In this document: piece after piece, positions 37,448 to 49,980 of the stretch | Numbering within the stretch: position 1 is the stretch's first letter | Layout of the letters: each line of letters opens with the position of its first letter | Origin: Setoptus koraiensis | Lineage: Eukaryota > Animalia > Arthropoda | Direction: 5' to 3' | Assembly (NCBI GenBank): GCA_048013815.1 | Contig: CM106586.1 | Location: 19,034,001-19,098,000 of the forward strand | DNA: 64,000 nucleotides | Translations under genes and position numbers: made by a program | Notes under the pieces: generated by a model | What the model was told of the DNA's origin: nothing | Seen by the model: only the letters and a program-made list of their open reading frames with translations | Databases searched by the model: none

Positions 37448-39359
37448 ATGTCTGACAAGACAAACTTCGCCCAAAGCCTGATGCATCTGATAAAATGCAA
37501 TTTGGGCACCGGACTTCTAGCCATGCCAGCGTCATTTGCCCACACTGGATTAGTCAATGCCATTATTGGATTGCCTCTTTTGGCACTCATGGCAACCTAC
37601 TGTGTTCATCTATTGGTTAGATCAGCGAAACATCTAGAGAAAAAACTTGGATGGACAAACTTTGAATACGCTGAGGTAAAAAATCTAAAATGCTGCCTCT
37701 TTCTTGACTTCAACTTTCTCGACAAATCTTTCACATATTCACTCCTTTCTCGAACGTATCACTATACAGCTAGCCAAAGGTTCATTCAAAGCCGGCCCTC
37801 TCTGGATGAGAGGATACTCTTCCCTGATGTGCAAAACAGTGGATGCCACCTTGATAATATCGCAAATGGGAATATGTTGCGTTTATTTAGTGTTTGTTGT
37901 CGACAACATCAGCAAGGTGATCATTGAATCATTTACCCGAACTTTCAAACATGATTGTTAATTTTAGTTCAAGACTTTACTAACGCAAATTCATTGATTC
38001 TTTGCTTTACCTCACTTATCCAGATCATCAAAACTTACGGCCTTGAATTGGATGATACCAAAATATTTATACTTATGCTACCAATCGCACTATTGCTGAG
38101 TTACATCAGGACACTGAGGAAACTAGCCATTGCGTCTGCTTGTGCAAATGTTCTACAAGTAGTGGGCATCTCCATGATACTTAATTATCTGGTTCGCAAT
38201 CTTGGAAACCTCGATGATATCCAACTTTTCAATAGCATAGATAAGGTGGCCTTGGGTAAATTACAGTTTTAGCATTTTGTTTTCTTTGCTTATCATGGTT
38301 AAAAAAGATAGATTTTTGAAATTTTCCAAGATCTAATATTGAGATATCTTGCCTTTGAAAACTTCCAATTTTAATCACACAACCAGGTTTCGGATCAGCC
38401 ATGTTTGCTTTCGAAGGAATATCCGTAGTGCTACCAGTTTACACTCGCATGAAAGATCCTAAACAAATGGGCGGCTACCTCGGAGCCATCAATTTATCTT
38501 ATGTCCTACTATTGTGTCTCTACTTTTCCATGGGTATTTTCGGGTATCTCAAGTTCGGACACCATGCTCAAGGCAGTATCACGTTGAATCTGCCAGCGGA
38601 GCCCTTATATGATATTGTGAGAGGAATGTTTACCTTGTCGTTATTTCTAACATATCCATTGCAATTTTATGTGCCGAATGAGATAATATGGAATTGGGCC
38701 AAGTCTAGCCTAATTGAAGTAGATGACGGAACATCTTCGGGAAAAGCAGTTAGATATGAGTACTATTGTCGAACGATTCTAGTTATTATAACCTGTAAGT
38801 GACAACTCTTTCCTATGCCCCTTATACCTTTGCATACTTGCACATAGGTTTAGAGAAATTCTACTCAACTGGACATGTTCATCTTTTCGTCTATTTACCA
38901 CCCAGTTATACTGGCCATGAGCATACCAATGTTAAATCTACTTATGGACCTAGTAGGCTCAATATCTGGCACAATGCTATCAATAATACTGCCACCTTTG
39001 ATACACATGGCAGCCTTTTGGGAAGACACATGTAAGTATCCGAGAGAGAATGGTAATGATGTAGGCCTCTCCATAAGAATAGTATTGTTATTGATTTATG
39101 AATATTTGTGTGCTTTCAAAATGCATCATCACTATGTATAATTTAATGATTAGCCGGATCTACTAGATTTACAATGGTGGCTGTAGATTTGTTTGTGGCC
39201 GGGATTGGTCTGATTGCCGGGACTAGTGGTTCAGTATTCAGTATAATTGCAATTTTGGACAAGTTTGCCGCAGGCTCAAATCCGCAAGTGCTTTTTAATG
39301 TAACTCAACATGTTCAAGACACGTTAATTAACTCCACCACTGTAGGAATACATCCTTAA
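37448..39359 (+). CDS. Proton-coupled amino acid transporter (SLC36/PAT family); exons 37448-37675, 37770-37916, 38024-38255, 38387-38794, 38906-39031, 39154-39359; an upstream exon is possible
   Basis: MHLIKCNLGTGLLAMPASF, QMGICCVYLVFV, FGSAMFAFEGISVVLP, FGYLKFG...GSITLNLP, FLTYPLQFYVP, SIPMLNLLMDLVGS. All five introns are GT-AG with consistent phases. Confidence 0.93.
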
Positions 39360-39477
39360 TACAATCATACATAGAGATAAACATACACATAAATATCTAT
39401 AATATATACATGTGCTGTACCCATTTAGGCATGGCCAAACGAATACAAAAAGGCACCAGTGCCACCTTTGTTCCCCT

Positions 39478-39894
39478 TCAATTACTCTCTAGATGAATGT
39501 TGCTTCCGAATCTGGCATACAACTCAGTTTTTAGAGCGGCCATTTCTGTCGCGATGGCGGACTTCTTCGTTTCCAACTCTTCGAACAATTGTTTCTGCTT
39601 TGTTTTTTTCTCCTCCAACCAGGCTTCGGTTTTACTTGGTGTAAGCTTGACAAGCAAATCGCCCACTTGAATGTGGAGATTGGCCTCTTGGTCATCGTCG
39701 TCGAACATGCCTAACTCTAATTCGCTCATGGCATCCTCATAGTTTTTAATCTCGTTTGATTTCAATGCTAGCTCATCTTTCACTTCCTCCAGTCTCGCAT
39801 TCAGTCTGGCGAATCTATTTATTTTCTGTTGATCCTCCTCGGACACATTGAAGTCGCCGTCGACGACAGCTGGTGCTGGCGTTAGTGAGTCCAT
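39478..39894 (-). CDS. PFDN4: Prefoldin subunit 4, intronless, 138 aa
   Basis: VSEEDQQKINRFARLN...NYEDA...IQVGDL...MAALKTELYARFGSNIHLE is the PFDN4 signature; ATG at 39894. Confidence 0.96.
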   Translation of the reverse strand: MDSLTPAPAVVDGDFNVSEEDQQKINRFARLNARLEEVKDELALKSNEIKNYEDAMSELELGMFDDDDQEANLHIQVGDLLVKLTPSKTEAWLEEKKTKQKQLFEELETKKSAIATEMAALKTELYARFGSNIHLESN

Positions 39895-40604
39895 CGAATC
39901 CAATTAGCACTGCTTTAATTAACTGCGTTAATCCAAATAAATATTGATCAGCTATCAAATGGAGGTGATCTCGGCAGTAGGGATATCAATTCGTCTTAAG
40001 ACACACTGGACTAGTGATTAGAGAACGGCCACCAATGTTTGGCTACAGAACGTGGTTTTAGCTTCTGAGCGCAAAATTCAAAATTGTGAATATACAAATT
40101 GTGAATATCCTGTTGAGATCGCACAGTGGAATTCTTTCGATGAGTGATACATGTGTAGGGATACCTATACCGAACCAAGAGTTGGATATTAACTCCATGA
40201 TGGTTGAGTTTTTTGAAAATCGGGAACGGACAGCTCCCCACATCAGTAAGCATTGCAAGAATACAAATAAAGGGCTCCCAGTTTCCGACCTGGAACGCAG
40301 AGATTCTTAGCTCCCTCAATCAAAAGTGAGAGGGGATAGTGATTCTCCACCATTCATTAAATATCCGATATTCAATAGCCAGTTAGGACAGATTCATGGG
40401 TGAACTTGAAATTGAGGTCACACAACCTAGTCCATAGTCCATAGTACACAACACAATCGTTTTGAACGGAAACTCAAAAGTAGCCTCAACTAATTCAGGT
40501 TGTCCGGACGACTTTCTCGAGAAAGTTGCGAAACTTCTATAACGGGGCTCCCTGATCAGAACCTGTCGGTATCCACACCGAATAAATACCATGTCTAATT
40601 GTTA

Positions 40605-40895
40605 TATCAGCCCCATCTTTTATTTGTCTAAGCAGGATATCACAGCGTGTGAAATTTTTTGGACAAATGAACAACGATCAGCTCGGTTGATGTTGTCGTC
40701 GACCAATCGGTTGCAAATCAAAGCTTACCCTTGCTGGATCATCCAAGAAAGTCACCGTGGAATCTCGCCTCACCTCGAATACCTTGACATTGGGAATATT
40801 GAGTTTGCTGGGGAACCGGGTCTTTTCTGCCGCCGCCGCGCTCTCTAATTCCTTTGAGGACATCATTAGCCAACTCTAATGGTGTTCCCGCTAAT
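40605..40895 (-). pseudogene. 5'-truncated paralogue of the secreted orphan at 41812-42646 (C-terminus plus 3' flank)
   Basis: Minus frame AGTPLELANDVLKGIRERGGGRKDPVPQQTQYSQCQGIRGEARFHGDFLG* aligns with ARTPFKLANDVLGGIGG...VAQQPQDFQSQGIHGEASFHGGFLG*. Downstream non-coding DNA (cccatcttttat...tgtgaaa..tttt..acaaa..aacaac) also aligns. Confidence 0.75.
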
Positions 40896-41349
40896 TACAA
40901 ATAGCAATCAGAAGTCAGTGGTGGCTCTAGTAAGTAACTTCAGGTTCATAAATGAATGGTGCATATTGACAATATTTTATCATCTGCGGATAGGCTTATT
41001 TTATTTCAACAAATCATGAGTACGTTAAAATCCCGCTGATTTGAGATGATTGTGCTAACACATGATCAGTCCGCCTAGTCAGATTTCATGATTTCGTTAA
41101 TATTTCGGACATGAAAGTATCCACTCATTTTCTACTTTAATCACTTACAAGACTTCACTTTGTTAGATATACTTATACTTCAAAATCAGACAAAAGCCTC
41201 AAGATTGAGTTTGAGAAAACAGTATAATTACTCTAAAGACTAGACTTTAGTTTAGGTTTTGGTAAACCTTTCCTTGCTCAGTTCTTTCAGGTAGGTGTAT
41301 TTAGGCTGTGGTTTGGTGGAGAGTCCTGTGTGGGGAGGGCTTACCTTGT

Positions 41350-41630
41350 GAGTGAAAATAGACTGGATATAAACTAATGTACTTTCTCATTCTGTCGATT
41401 GTTTTTGTTTATAAACTGGAACATAGAACAATCAAATCTCATGTAACTCAACATGTCGAAGACACGTTAATTAACTCTGCCATTGTAGGAATGCATCCTT
41501 AATACGATCATACATATAAATAAACATACACATAAATATGTATAATGTATACATGTTGTATATGTATCTAGGCATAACTAAACGAATACAAAAAGTCACG
41601 AGTGCCGTTTTTGTTCCACTTCAATTACAC
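41350..41630 (+). pseudogene. Duplicated, internally deleted copy of the SLC36 transporter locus
   Basis: 41350-41444 aligns to ~37022-37112 (upstream of the transporter) and 41441-41630 aligns to ~39298-39486 (last codons and 3' flank). The junction is the shared tetramer ATGT. Confidence 0.85.
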
Positions 41631-41811
41631 CAAATTAATACTATTTCTACTCGCTATAACTGGCCCATCTTTTATTATTCATCTAAACATGGCATTACAT
41701 CTTGTGAAAATTTTTGAACAAATCAACAACCATCAGTATGATCGTTGTTGATTTGTTCAAAAAAATAACGCAGATGAATCAGTTACAGATCAAAGCTCTA
41801 CCTTGCCGAAA

Positions 41812-42646
41812 TCATCCAAGAAAGCCACCGTGGAAACTGGCCTCACCGTGGATACCTTGAGATTGGAAATCTTGAGGTTGCTGGGCAACTCGGTTGTTGC
41901 TGCTGAAACTGCTGCCGCCGCGTCCACCGACTCCGCCGATTCCACCAAGGACATCATTAGCCAATTTGAATGGTGTTCTCGCTATATCCAGCCAATCGCC
42001 TCCAATTCCTGAGGCCTGGCCCACGGCCTGACCAATTATCTCGTTTGGTATGCTAACCAAATCTCCGATTATACCACCGGCATTAGGAGGTCTAAAACTG
42101 AGTCCACCTTTAACATTGAATCCATCATTTTGAGATTGGTCGTATGATTGAGATTGCTTGTTGCCACCTTGTGAGCTAACTGGGCTAGCGGTGTTAGGTT
42201 GAGCATTAGTTTCACTTTTTCCATTGTATTCATAATTATAATTATAATTATTGCTTACATTTGACTCATTAGTTATGTATGAGTTAGATTTGGAATTGCT
42301 TGTGTGGTAATTATTATTGACATTGGCTGGTTGCGCATTGCTACTTCCTGAGTCGCTATAGTCGTTGTAGTAATAATAGTAATCGTACTGATTTTTTGTA
42401 ACGTTATAGCAATTTCCGTTCTCGTCACAATCTGAGAGAGTTTTGTCCGATATGTATGATAAAGAAAACGAAACTCAATTAGTGATAGTTTGGTGATCAC
42501 TTCGAAATTGATCGATCAATCAAAAGAGAAACTTTACCTTCATAAGTGTTGGAACTAGTGAGTGCAGGGCGCGATATCACGATATTCAAGTTTATCAAAA
42601 TGATGGCGGCAATCAAAGCCGAATTTGCTAGAGTTGACAATTCCAT
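41812..42646 (-). CDS. Secreted Tyr/Asn/Ser-rich and Gly-rich orphan protein, 242 aa; exons 42646-42538, 42431-41812
   Basis: MELSTLANSALIAAIILINLNIVISRPA signal peptide. A phase-1 GT-AG intron of 106 nt leads into DCDENGNCYNVTKNQYDYYYYYNDYSDSGSSN...NNYNYNYEYNG...GGIIGDLVSIPNEIIGQAVGQASGIGG...HGEASFHGGFLG*. The second exon is stop-free for 620 nt; the ORF track shows only its last 82 aa. Confidence 0.82.
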
Positions 42647-45009
42647 GATTATTCTGTTTCTGTTTGCGGACTCTCAACTAGATGAATTACGACGCCGAAG
42701 TGTTTCCAATCTCAAACGATTAACTTCTTGCTTGCGACTAGCAATGATCCTTGACTAGTTTATCCACTAAACTCCCAAACTAAAAATTCACCCTCAATTT
42801 ATACCCCCAAACATGATGAACCAAGACAACAACAACTCGCAGACCTTGCTCAAGCGACGGGAACTTTTTCAACAGCATCAATTCATGTCACTGCTAGTAA
42901 CTAACTCTAGAAAGAGTTGTGATTATATTGTTGACATTTCTGGCGATATTACGATCACTATTAAAATAAAAGTCACAATACTATCATGGCCTAGTGAGCT
43001 CATCTAGCCTATGGGCCGTTTTTCAGGTGAAAGACAGCCCTAGTTGGCTGGTGAATTTGTGTGATCTACAACACAATGAATCAATGATGACGCAACTTTC
43101 TGATTTCTCACCAAATCACCTAATTGGAGATTCTTACAACAAACTCAGAATATTGATATACACGATTGTTAATGTCAATTGTGGTGGCCGTTTACTAGAG
43201 CGTCGTCAATAATGTAAAAACAACATATGTAATTGCTTCATTTTTCCACCTCGCCTGATCGTGAAACACAACGAACCGGGAATGTCGTCAATTTTTTTAT
43301 TGGCAACAAAATTCGCGCTTTTCCTTGCAATCAAATAGGTTTTATCCACTGTGGTCGTAAAGATTGTTGATTGTGAAAAGTAAATTATCACGACACACAC
43401 ATCTAGCATGCAGAGTAATTACAGTCTGCCGATCTTTTGGCATTTTATCACATTTTATGACCGTCGTCTGAATGCCACAGACTCTCACAACAGTAGCCTG
43501 ATGCTCAATAGTGACGGCAGCAGCTTGATTGGTCCGGATCAGATACGTGATCATTGGTGTGCTCAGCTGAGCAGATTAATAAGCTTATTAATAAGATAAC
43601 AATGCATAGATTTGTCTAGTTATCTGAAGATATCTATCGATAGCCATAAGATATGTTGATGTTCTAGCTGAACAGCTTGCATGCAGCTCCCAATGTCAGG
43701 TGACTGCATCAATCTGGTGATGAGCGCGAGGACGGGTCGCCAGCTATTTTATCTGGCGCTTTAGAATGTAATGTTAACAGTTTTCTCTTGCGGCCTAGTT
43801 CTCTTGCGGCCCCAATGTTATCGTAGATCGAGAGGCAAACTTGCAGACACAACTTTACCTGTCGAGTTGGTTCTTCTACTGAATTGGCAGCTATTGAAGA
43901 TTGGCGGCCTCAATTGGTGGTGTCCCGTACGATGTCACAATGCCGAATCATTACAACTGGTTAACCAATCAGCGATTTTAGAAAATGCTCATTTAAAATT
44001 TGTTACAATTTAGCCACTATTTTGTTGTTGAGTGGCGCGTGTCTAGCCAGTTGCGTCGAGTTTCGAAACAGTTTGAAAGAGCGCTGCTACAACAAAATTG
44101 AGAGGCCCCAGTTTGGAGGTCCAAAGGGGCCAGGCTCTATAGTGCAGCGTTGTGAGCGTGTGAAGTTCAGGCCCGAGGCGCATAGCTCACATAACGGTAA
44201 CTATATAGGACGACAACATCACTGCCACCAACAGCAACTAGCTTCGGGTGCCTCCATCTATAGAGTCGCCAATACGGTCTGGCAATGGTTGGCTTAGCGC
44301 ATTTAGCTAAGCAGATTGACATTGCGCAATCGTGCACAATTTTATCTGGGGGGGGGGGAGAGAAGTGAGGCTCGCTTGCTTGCTTGCATTGTGTAGAGAC
44401 TTTCACTGAATTTTGTACTTGTTAAGTTGGCTCGAGTGTCTGGCCTGGCTCGTGGCAACTGCCACGAGCTAGACTAAAGAGAATTTGGGGCCAGCAGTGG
44501 GCAAGTGCCAGTAAATATGTTGCCAGCGATGAAAAGAAAGACAAGTGTGTGTGTGTGTTCGTTGAGCATATCGCACCAGCAGCGTATACAATTCGTTTGA
44601 TCGTCGCCAGTTGCTTCGTCACGCCAAATAACGCAAAATTGTGCCCGTCTTGATGCCCCTAATAATGTGCACCTCGGACTTGTTCAAATCGTCATTAGCC
44701 GCGTTTATTGGATTGCATTAGTGTTAGTGTACGCTATTTGCCTATGCGCTGTTTGTTGGTTACGTCAGTGGGCTTCAGCTTATCCTTGCCATTGTGTGAT
44801 ATTGGCGAAATTAAAATCAATTGTCATCATCATTTCGATTACTTGCTCTTGTTTGTTATTTGACAGCCATTTCACATAAGCCACACGTACGCTAGCGCTC
44901 ACTAGCGCCACTGACGGGCCCACTTTTCAGTGCGCATCTATTTTTTATTTGGGCCTCACACGGGCCCCAACAATCAACGGTAGCAGTAGCAGTAGCAGTA
45001 GCAGCAGCC

Positions 45010-45016
45010 TATAAAG
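45010..45016 (+). promoter_or_regulatory. Candidate TATA box upstream of VAChT
   Basis: TATAAAG about 285 nt before the VAChT ATG; motif match only. Confidence 0.25.
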
Positions 45017-45296
45017 GAACTAGAGTAGCAACTGGCCAACGAGCCCAGTAAATGAATAAATGAATCAAAGTGCAAGTGTGTATCGCCCCGATTAATTAGC
45101 ATCTTCGAGAGTAGAGTTCAATTGAGACCAACAACCAAATAAGCATAGTTCACATATTTTGAATGGGTGCAAATTATTATTGGTACCGTTAATTCAAGCA
45201 GAATAAGCTCACCGATCATTAGTTAGTGTTATTCCAAGTGTCGGTTTGCGGTCAGTGAAGCGAAAATCTCAATATTGAACCAGCAAGCAAGCAAAC

Positions 45297-45359
45297 ATGT
45301 CCAGCAACGGCAACGACCAGAGACAATCGGCGTCGTCAAGACGCCAACAACAGCAACAG

Positions 45360-45391
<32 letters not shown>

Positions 45392-48018
45392 ACAACAGCA
45401 AAACAGATATGCTCACATCGGAGCGAAGCCAACGTCTGCCTTGTCGCCAATGTCGCCGGTGGGCAGCGGCGCCAAAAATAACTGGCCCACGTCGAGTCCG
45501 CCCCACGACGGCCTACAAACACGGGTGGCTACAGCAGCAGCAGCAGCAACAACAACAGCCAACAACCAGACAACAACGAATCACATCGGCGCCGGGGCCC
45601 CAAATCAATTTGGCTACAGTTACAATATTAATTCTGTTAATTGGAGCGAACAATGGCAAGAGTTGCGCGACAAATTCATGGACAAGGTGCACGAGCCCCA
45701 GAGCCAGCGAAGAATTATATTGGTGATTGTGTGTTGCGCGTTGCTATTAGATAATATGTTGTACATGGTTATAGTGCCAATTATACCAGATTATTTACGC
45801 TTTACAGGTGCCTGGTCCACGTACGCCGAGGGCGCAAAATATGTTCGCAAAAACGAATCGGGCACCTACAAATGGGAGCGCATCGGTGGTACCATTGTGT
45901 ACGAGGGCGAGGAATCGGCGGTGGGCTTCCTGTTTGCCTCAAAGGCCATGGTGCAGCTACTCATAAATCCCTTCTCTGGCGCCATCATCGACAGAATTGG
46001 CTACGAGATGCCCATGATGATCGGCCTGGTGGTGATGTTTTTCTCCACCATAGTGTTCGCTTGCGGCCAAACATACTCCATACTGTTTCTGGCGCGCAGT
46101 TTGCAGGGGGTCGGATCGGCCTTCGCGGGTACGTTCAACGGGCACGGGCCCACCCTTTCACTGACCATACTCTCACCATTTTTGCCACTTTTGCCATTTT
46201 TGCCACTTTTCACTAACCGTTTCACCTGCTCATTCGCGTCCGCTCTCGCCGGCGCCGCACGCGGATCGATTGTTTGAAATCAATTGTTCGAAATCAAATC
46301 CACATTTGAATATCCGAAATATTATTTATCTGAATTATCGAGCAGACACCGCTGGCCTGGCGATGATCGCCGACAGGTTCACCGAGGACAACGAGCGCCA
46401 GCGCGCCCTCGGAATCGCCCTGGCCTTCATATCGTTCGGCTGCCTGGTTGCGCCCCCTTTCGGGGCCGTCCTATATCAGACGGCGGGCAAGGAGGTGCCA
46501 TTCATAATATTGTCACTGGTGTGTCTGGTGGACGGCTTCCTGTTGCTACTGGTGACGCAGCCTGGCACATTTGCGTCGTGCAGTTTGAGCTTCTTGCAGT
46601 CGCTGGTAGGCGAGACGCCCCAGCAGCAGTACCAGAACCAGCAGCAGCAACAGCAGCAATTGAAGCAACAGCACCACAGCCAACAAAGAGCGCCCCTGCC
46701 GGACAGACAAGCGACAACAACAACAAGTGTGTCAATTGGGGCCAACGACGACGATCCAGCGCAATATAAATCAGCGGAATTGTCCCAGAAACAAAAGCAA
46801 CGACAGCAACTGCTAACGAGACAAAAGTCCACCTCGCGCCGACAATCGCTCACCGCGGCCTCTAACGGCAAGACCATCAAGGGCACCCCCATTTACGTGC
46901 TGCTCAAGGACCCGTACATAGCCTGTTGTTCGGGGGCGCTCATAATGGCCAACGTGTCGCTGGCCTTCCTAGAGCCAACAATATCCATTTGGATGCAGGA
47001 CACCATGCCCGACATTGAGGAATGGCAAATGGGCATGATTTGGTTGCCCGCGTTTATACCGCACGTGTTGGGCGTGTACTGTACGGTGCGTCTGGCGGAC
47101 AAATACCCAAAATATCAGTGGCTCATAGCGGCCATTGGACTGGCCCTGGAGGGTGTGTCATCGTTTCTGGTGCCCTTCTGCACCTCGTTCTGGTCACTCA
47201 TAATACCCATCAGTGGCATCTGTTTTGGCATTGCCCTGGTAGACACGGCCATATTGCCCACGCTGGGGTATTTGGTTGACACGCGTTACGTAAGCGTTTA
47301 CGGAAGCATTTATGCCATTGCCGATATCAGTTATTCGCTGTCGTACGCCATTGGGCCCATTATTGCGGGCGGCATCGTAGAGGCAATCGGATTTACGTCG
47401 CTCAATGTGTTAATCGCCATCACAAATTTAGGCTACACGCCGGTGCTGATGATGCTCAAGCATATTCACGATTACAAGCCGTTCGAGGACAACAACAACA
47501 GCAGCGGCGCTGATGCAACTAGCAAGAAATTGACCGGCCCGGCCGGGCCCAACAATCAGCTGAGCTGCGAGGAGGGCTCCGAGCGCTACGGCGGCGGCGG
47601 CGACGACGACGACGACGAGCCCGACGACGACGACGACGACCTGGATGCGGCCAACAATTACAACTCGGGCAGATACTTTATTCAGTCGACGCAGGGCTGG
47701 CCCAGCAACGGGCAGGCGGTTGCAATTGGCAAGCCGGCAACGTCGCCGGGCGATTCAATTTTAAAATCGTCGCACTGTCACAGTAGCAACAGCGGTGATA
47801 CGAACCATCAGGCGAACAATCAGAGTGGCAAGTCGGGTATTATGCGCGACTACAGAAATCCGCGCTGGGCCTCGCAACAGAGCGGCCCGCAGCAAGAGTG
47901 GCAGCAATCGTCGTCGCCGAGCGGCCAGTACGCGATGGCCTCAAAACAACACTCTGTCACCATTGTTGAAGATCCGAGCCAATTGACGAGTGTGAGACGC
48001 AGCGAGCAGCAGCAACAA

Positions 48019-48056
<38 letters not shown>

Positions 48057-48099
48057 ACAACAACAACAACGACGGGACAGTATCACGCAACAACAGTGA
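45297..48099 (+). CDS. VAChT: Vesicular acetylcholine transporter (SLC18A3); exons 45297-46128, 46346-48099
   Basis: [126 protein letters not shown]; phase-1 intron 46129-46345. Confidence 0.97.
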
Positions 48100-48411
48100 C
48101 CAAACAAGTGGCCGCAAACGAAAGCGGAAATAAACTCAGTCGGCAAACTGGTGCTTATTTGCGCAAGAGCTCGCTAATTATCTCGTTAGATAAGAGTTTA
48201 TATTGATTGAGCGCTGTGTTCATTATCTGTTTGTTTGTTTGTTTGCTTGTTTATTTGTTTGCTCGGGCCCCATGGGGGGCCGTCGCTGTGTTTGTTGTCG
48301 CCGTTCCTGTTTGACACTGTATGTTTATAGACACACGAACAGCGGACAACAGCAGCAACTATGATTTAGACGACAATTGTTTATACTACGACATGTACAT
48401 AGCTAACCACA

Positions 48412-48417
48412 ACACAC

Positions 48418-48461
<44 letters not shown>
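48412..48461. repeat. (CA)n microsatellite
   Basis: Direct observation. Confidence 0.95.
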
Positions 48462-48465
<4 letters not shown>

Positions 48466-49911
48466 CAAGCAACAATAATAACAATCAATGCTCGCATTTT
48501 ACATTCACTTGTCGCTCGTGTCTCGTTACGTAATACATATATCCCCCTCCATATATCACACCGTGTCTTGCTGCATCCGCTCAGCACTTGCAGACACAAT
48601 ATCAGCTTGCGATGACTTGTGTCATTGTGAGCTCGCCAACTACGTACTGTTGTAACTGCGCCATCGACTCATTGGCACTGACAAGAATGACTCATCAGTG
48701 AGTTCAGGTAACAGTGGCCAGATTTTGCTGAATTCTGTCGCATTTTGCCACGTTGCACAGCGAATTGAGACAGACACTGGCTAGATATGGAACGATTCAT
48801 CTGACTCCATCTAACGCTGCTAGATGATAACTGCTAATTAACGCCAGAGAGTGCAGCGTTGGCCGGCTCTCATTTGTCGGACATCCGACTCGCCAATATC
48901 TCGTCTATCTATTTCGTGCTGCGAACACGAGCAACGTCGGATAACGTGCGATAACGTTCTCGACGGTGCCATTCGAATGATAGCGCGGCACCCAAAGAAG
49001 CGATCGCGGCCACAATCAATCAAATGCTCGGCGCTAACATCATTTACTGGCCAATCTTGTCGTTTACCCCCTTGCGCTGACCAGCGATTCGAGCAGTTTA
49101 ACACGAACACATCATTAGCCGTAATCCTGTGAACGACACACACACACTCGAATATTGCCCCCCCCCCCTGTGCTGGTCGACAATTGGCCCTCTCTCGGCA
49201 ACCATTTACTATCCGCCTACGCATGACTATTTGAGCGCTGTTTTGGTGCCCGTGCTCGCGCAAGATATTGTTGTTGCTGTTGTTGTTGTTGTTGTATAGT
49301 GTGTGTCGTTTAACAACAGCAACAACAACAAATGGGCCACTTCATTAGCATGGCGCATTCATTAAGCAAGGCACACACACAAGCACACATTACATAATAA
49401 TACGTAACATATCAAAATGGGGCATTTTTGGTTTGTTGGGCGCCGCTGAGGTGGCGAGTGGCGCCTGATGATGGGCATCACTGGATAAGCTGCAAAAATT
49501 GTTTGTGCTCGCTTGCACGAGCTCGATGATGAAGCTCGCGCTCCATTTCAGGTGAGCAGCGCCCGATTATGTAAATCCTGCTGTCGTGTCAACAACCAAC
49601 AGTCTGCCGCATCTCACATCGGATGAGCAATCGCAATTGTCTCATCCGACGAGCCAATACATGCAAGTGGCACCCGTACAGATTTACACATACACACAGA
49701 TACATTTATGGCTGGCAGTAGGTGTATCACGGGGTGCACCAGTGGGTGCAGTTGCACGTGTAGCGGCCACGGCGATGGTGATTAAGTGAACAGATAAATA
49801 ATAAAATGGCCGCTCCAATCAACAGAGTCTGTCAATGTCGTCTGCGTGCCTTGGGCTCATCACGATGGCGCACCAATCGAGTTTGCCAATTGACTCAAGT
49901 TGGCCTGTTTC

Positions 49912-49980
49912 GGTTGTTGTTGCTCGGTTGTTTGGTTGTTGTTGCTCGGTTGTTTGGTTGTTGTTGCTCGGTTGTTTGGT
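49912..49980 (+). repeat. 22-bp tandem repeat x3 (ggttgttgttgctcggttgttt)
   Basis: Direct observation, embedded in (GTT)n-rich DNA. Confidence 0.85.

Noticed and set aside
40011-40592. Possible retroviral integrase remnant (QPELV...FPFKTIVLCTMDY)
   Set aside because: Only a vague resemblance to the PF...MDF motif, with no HHCC or D,D35E residues found in any frame.
43080-43125. Box C/D snoRNA-like motif (aatgatga...ctga)
   Set aside because: The boxes are only about 12 nt apart with no terminal stem or rRNA guide recognised, which is expected by chance.
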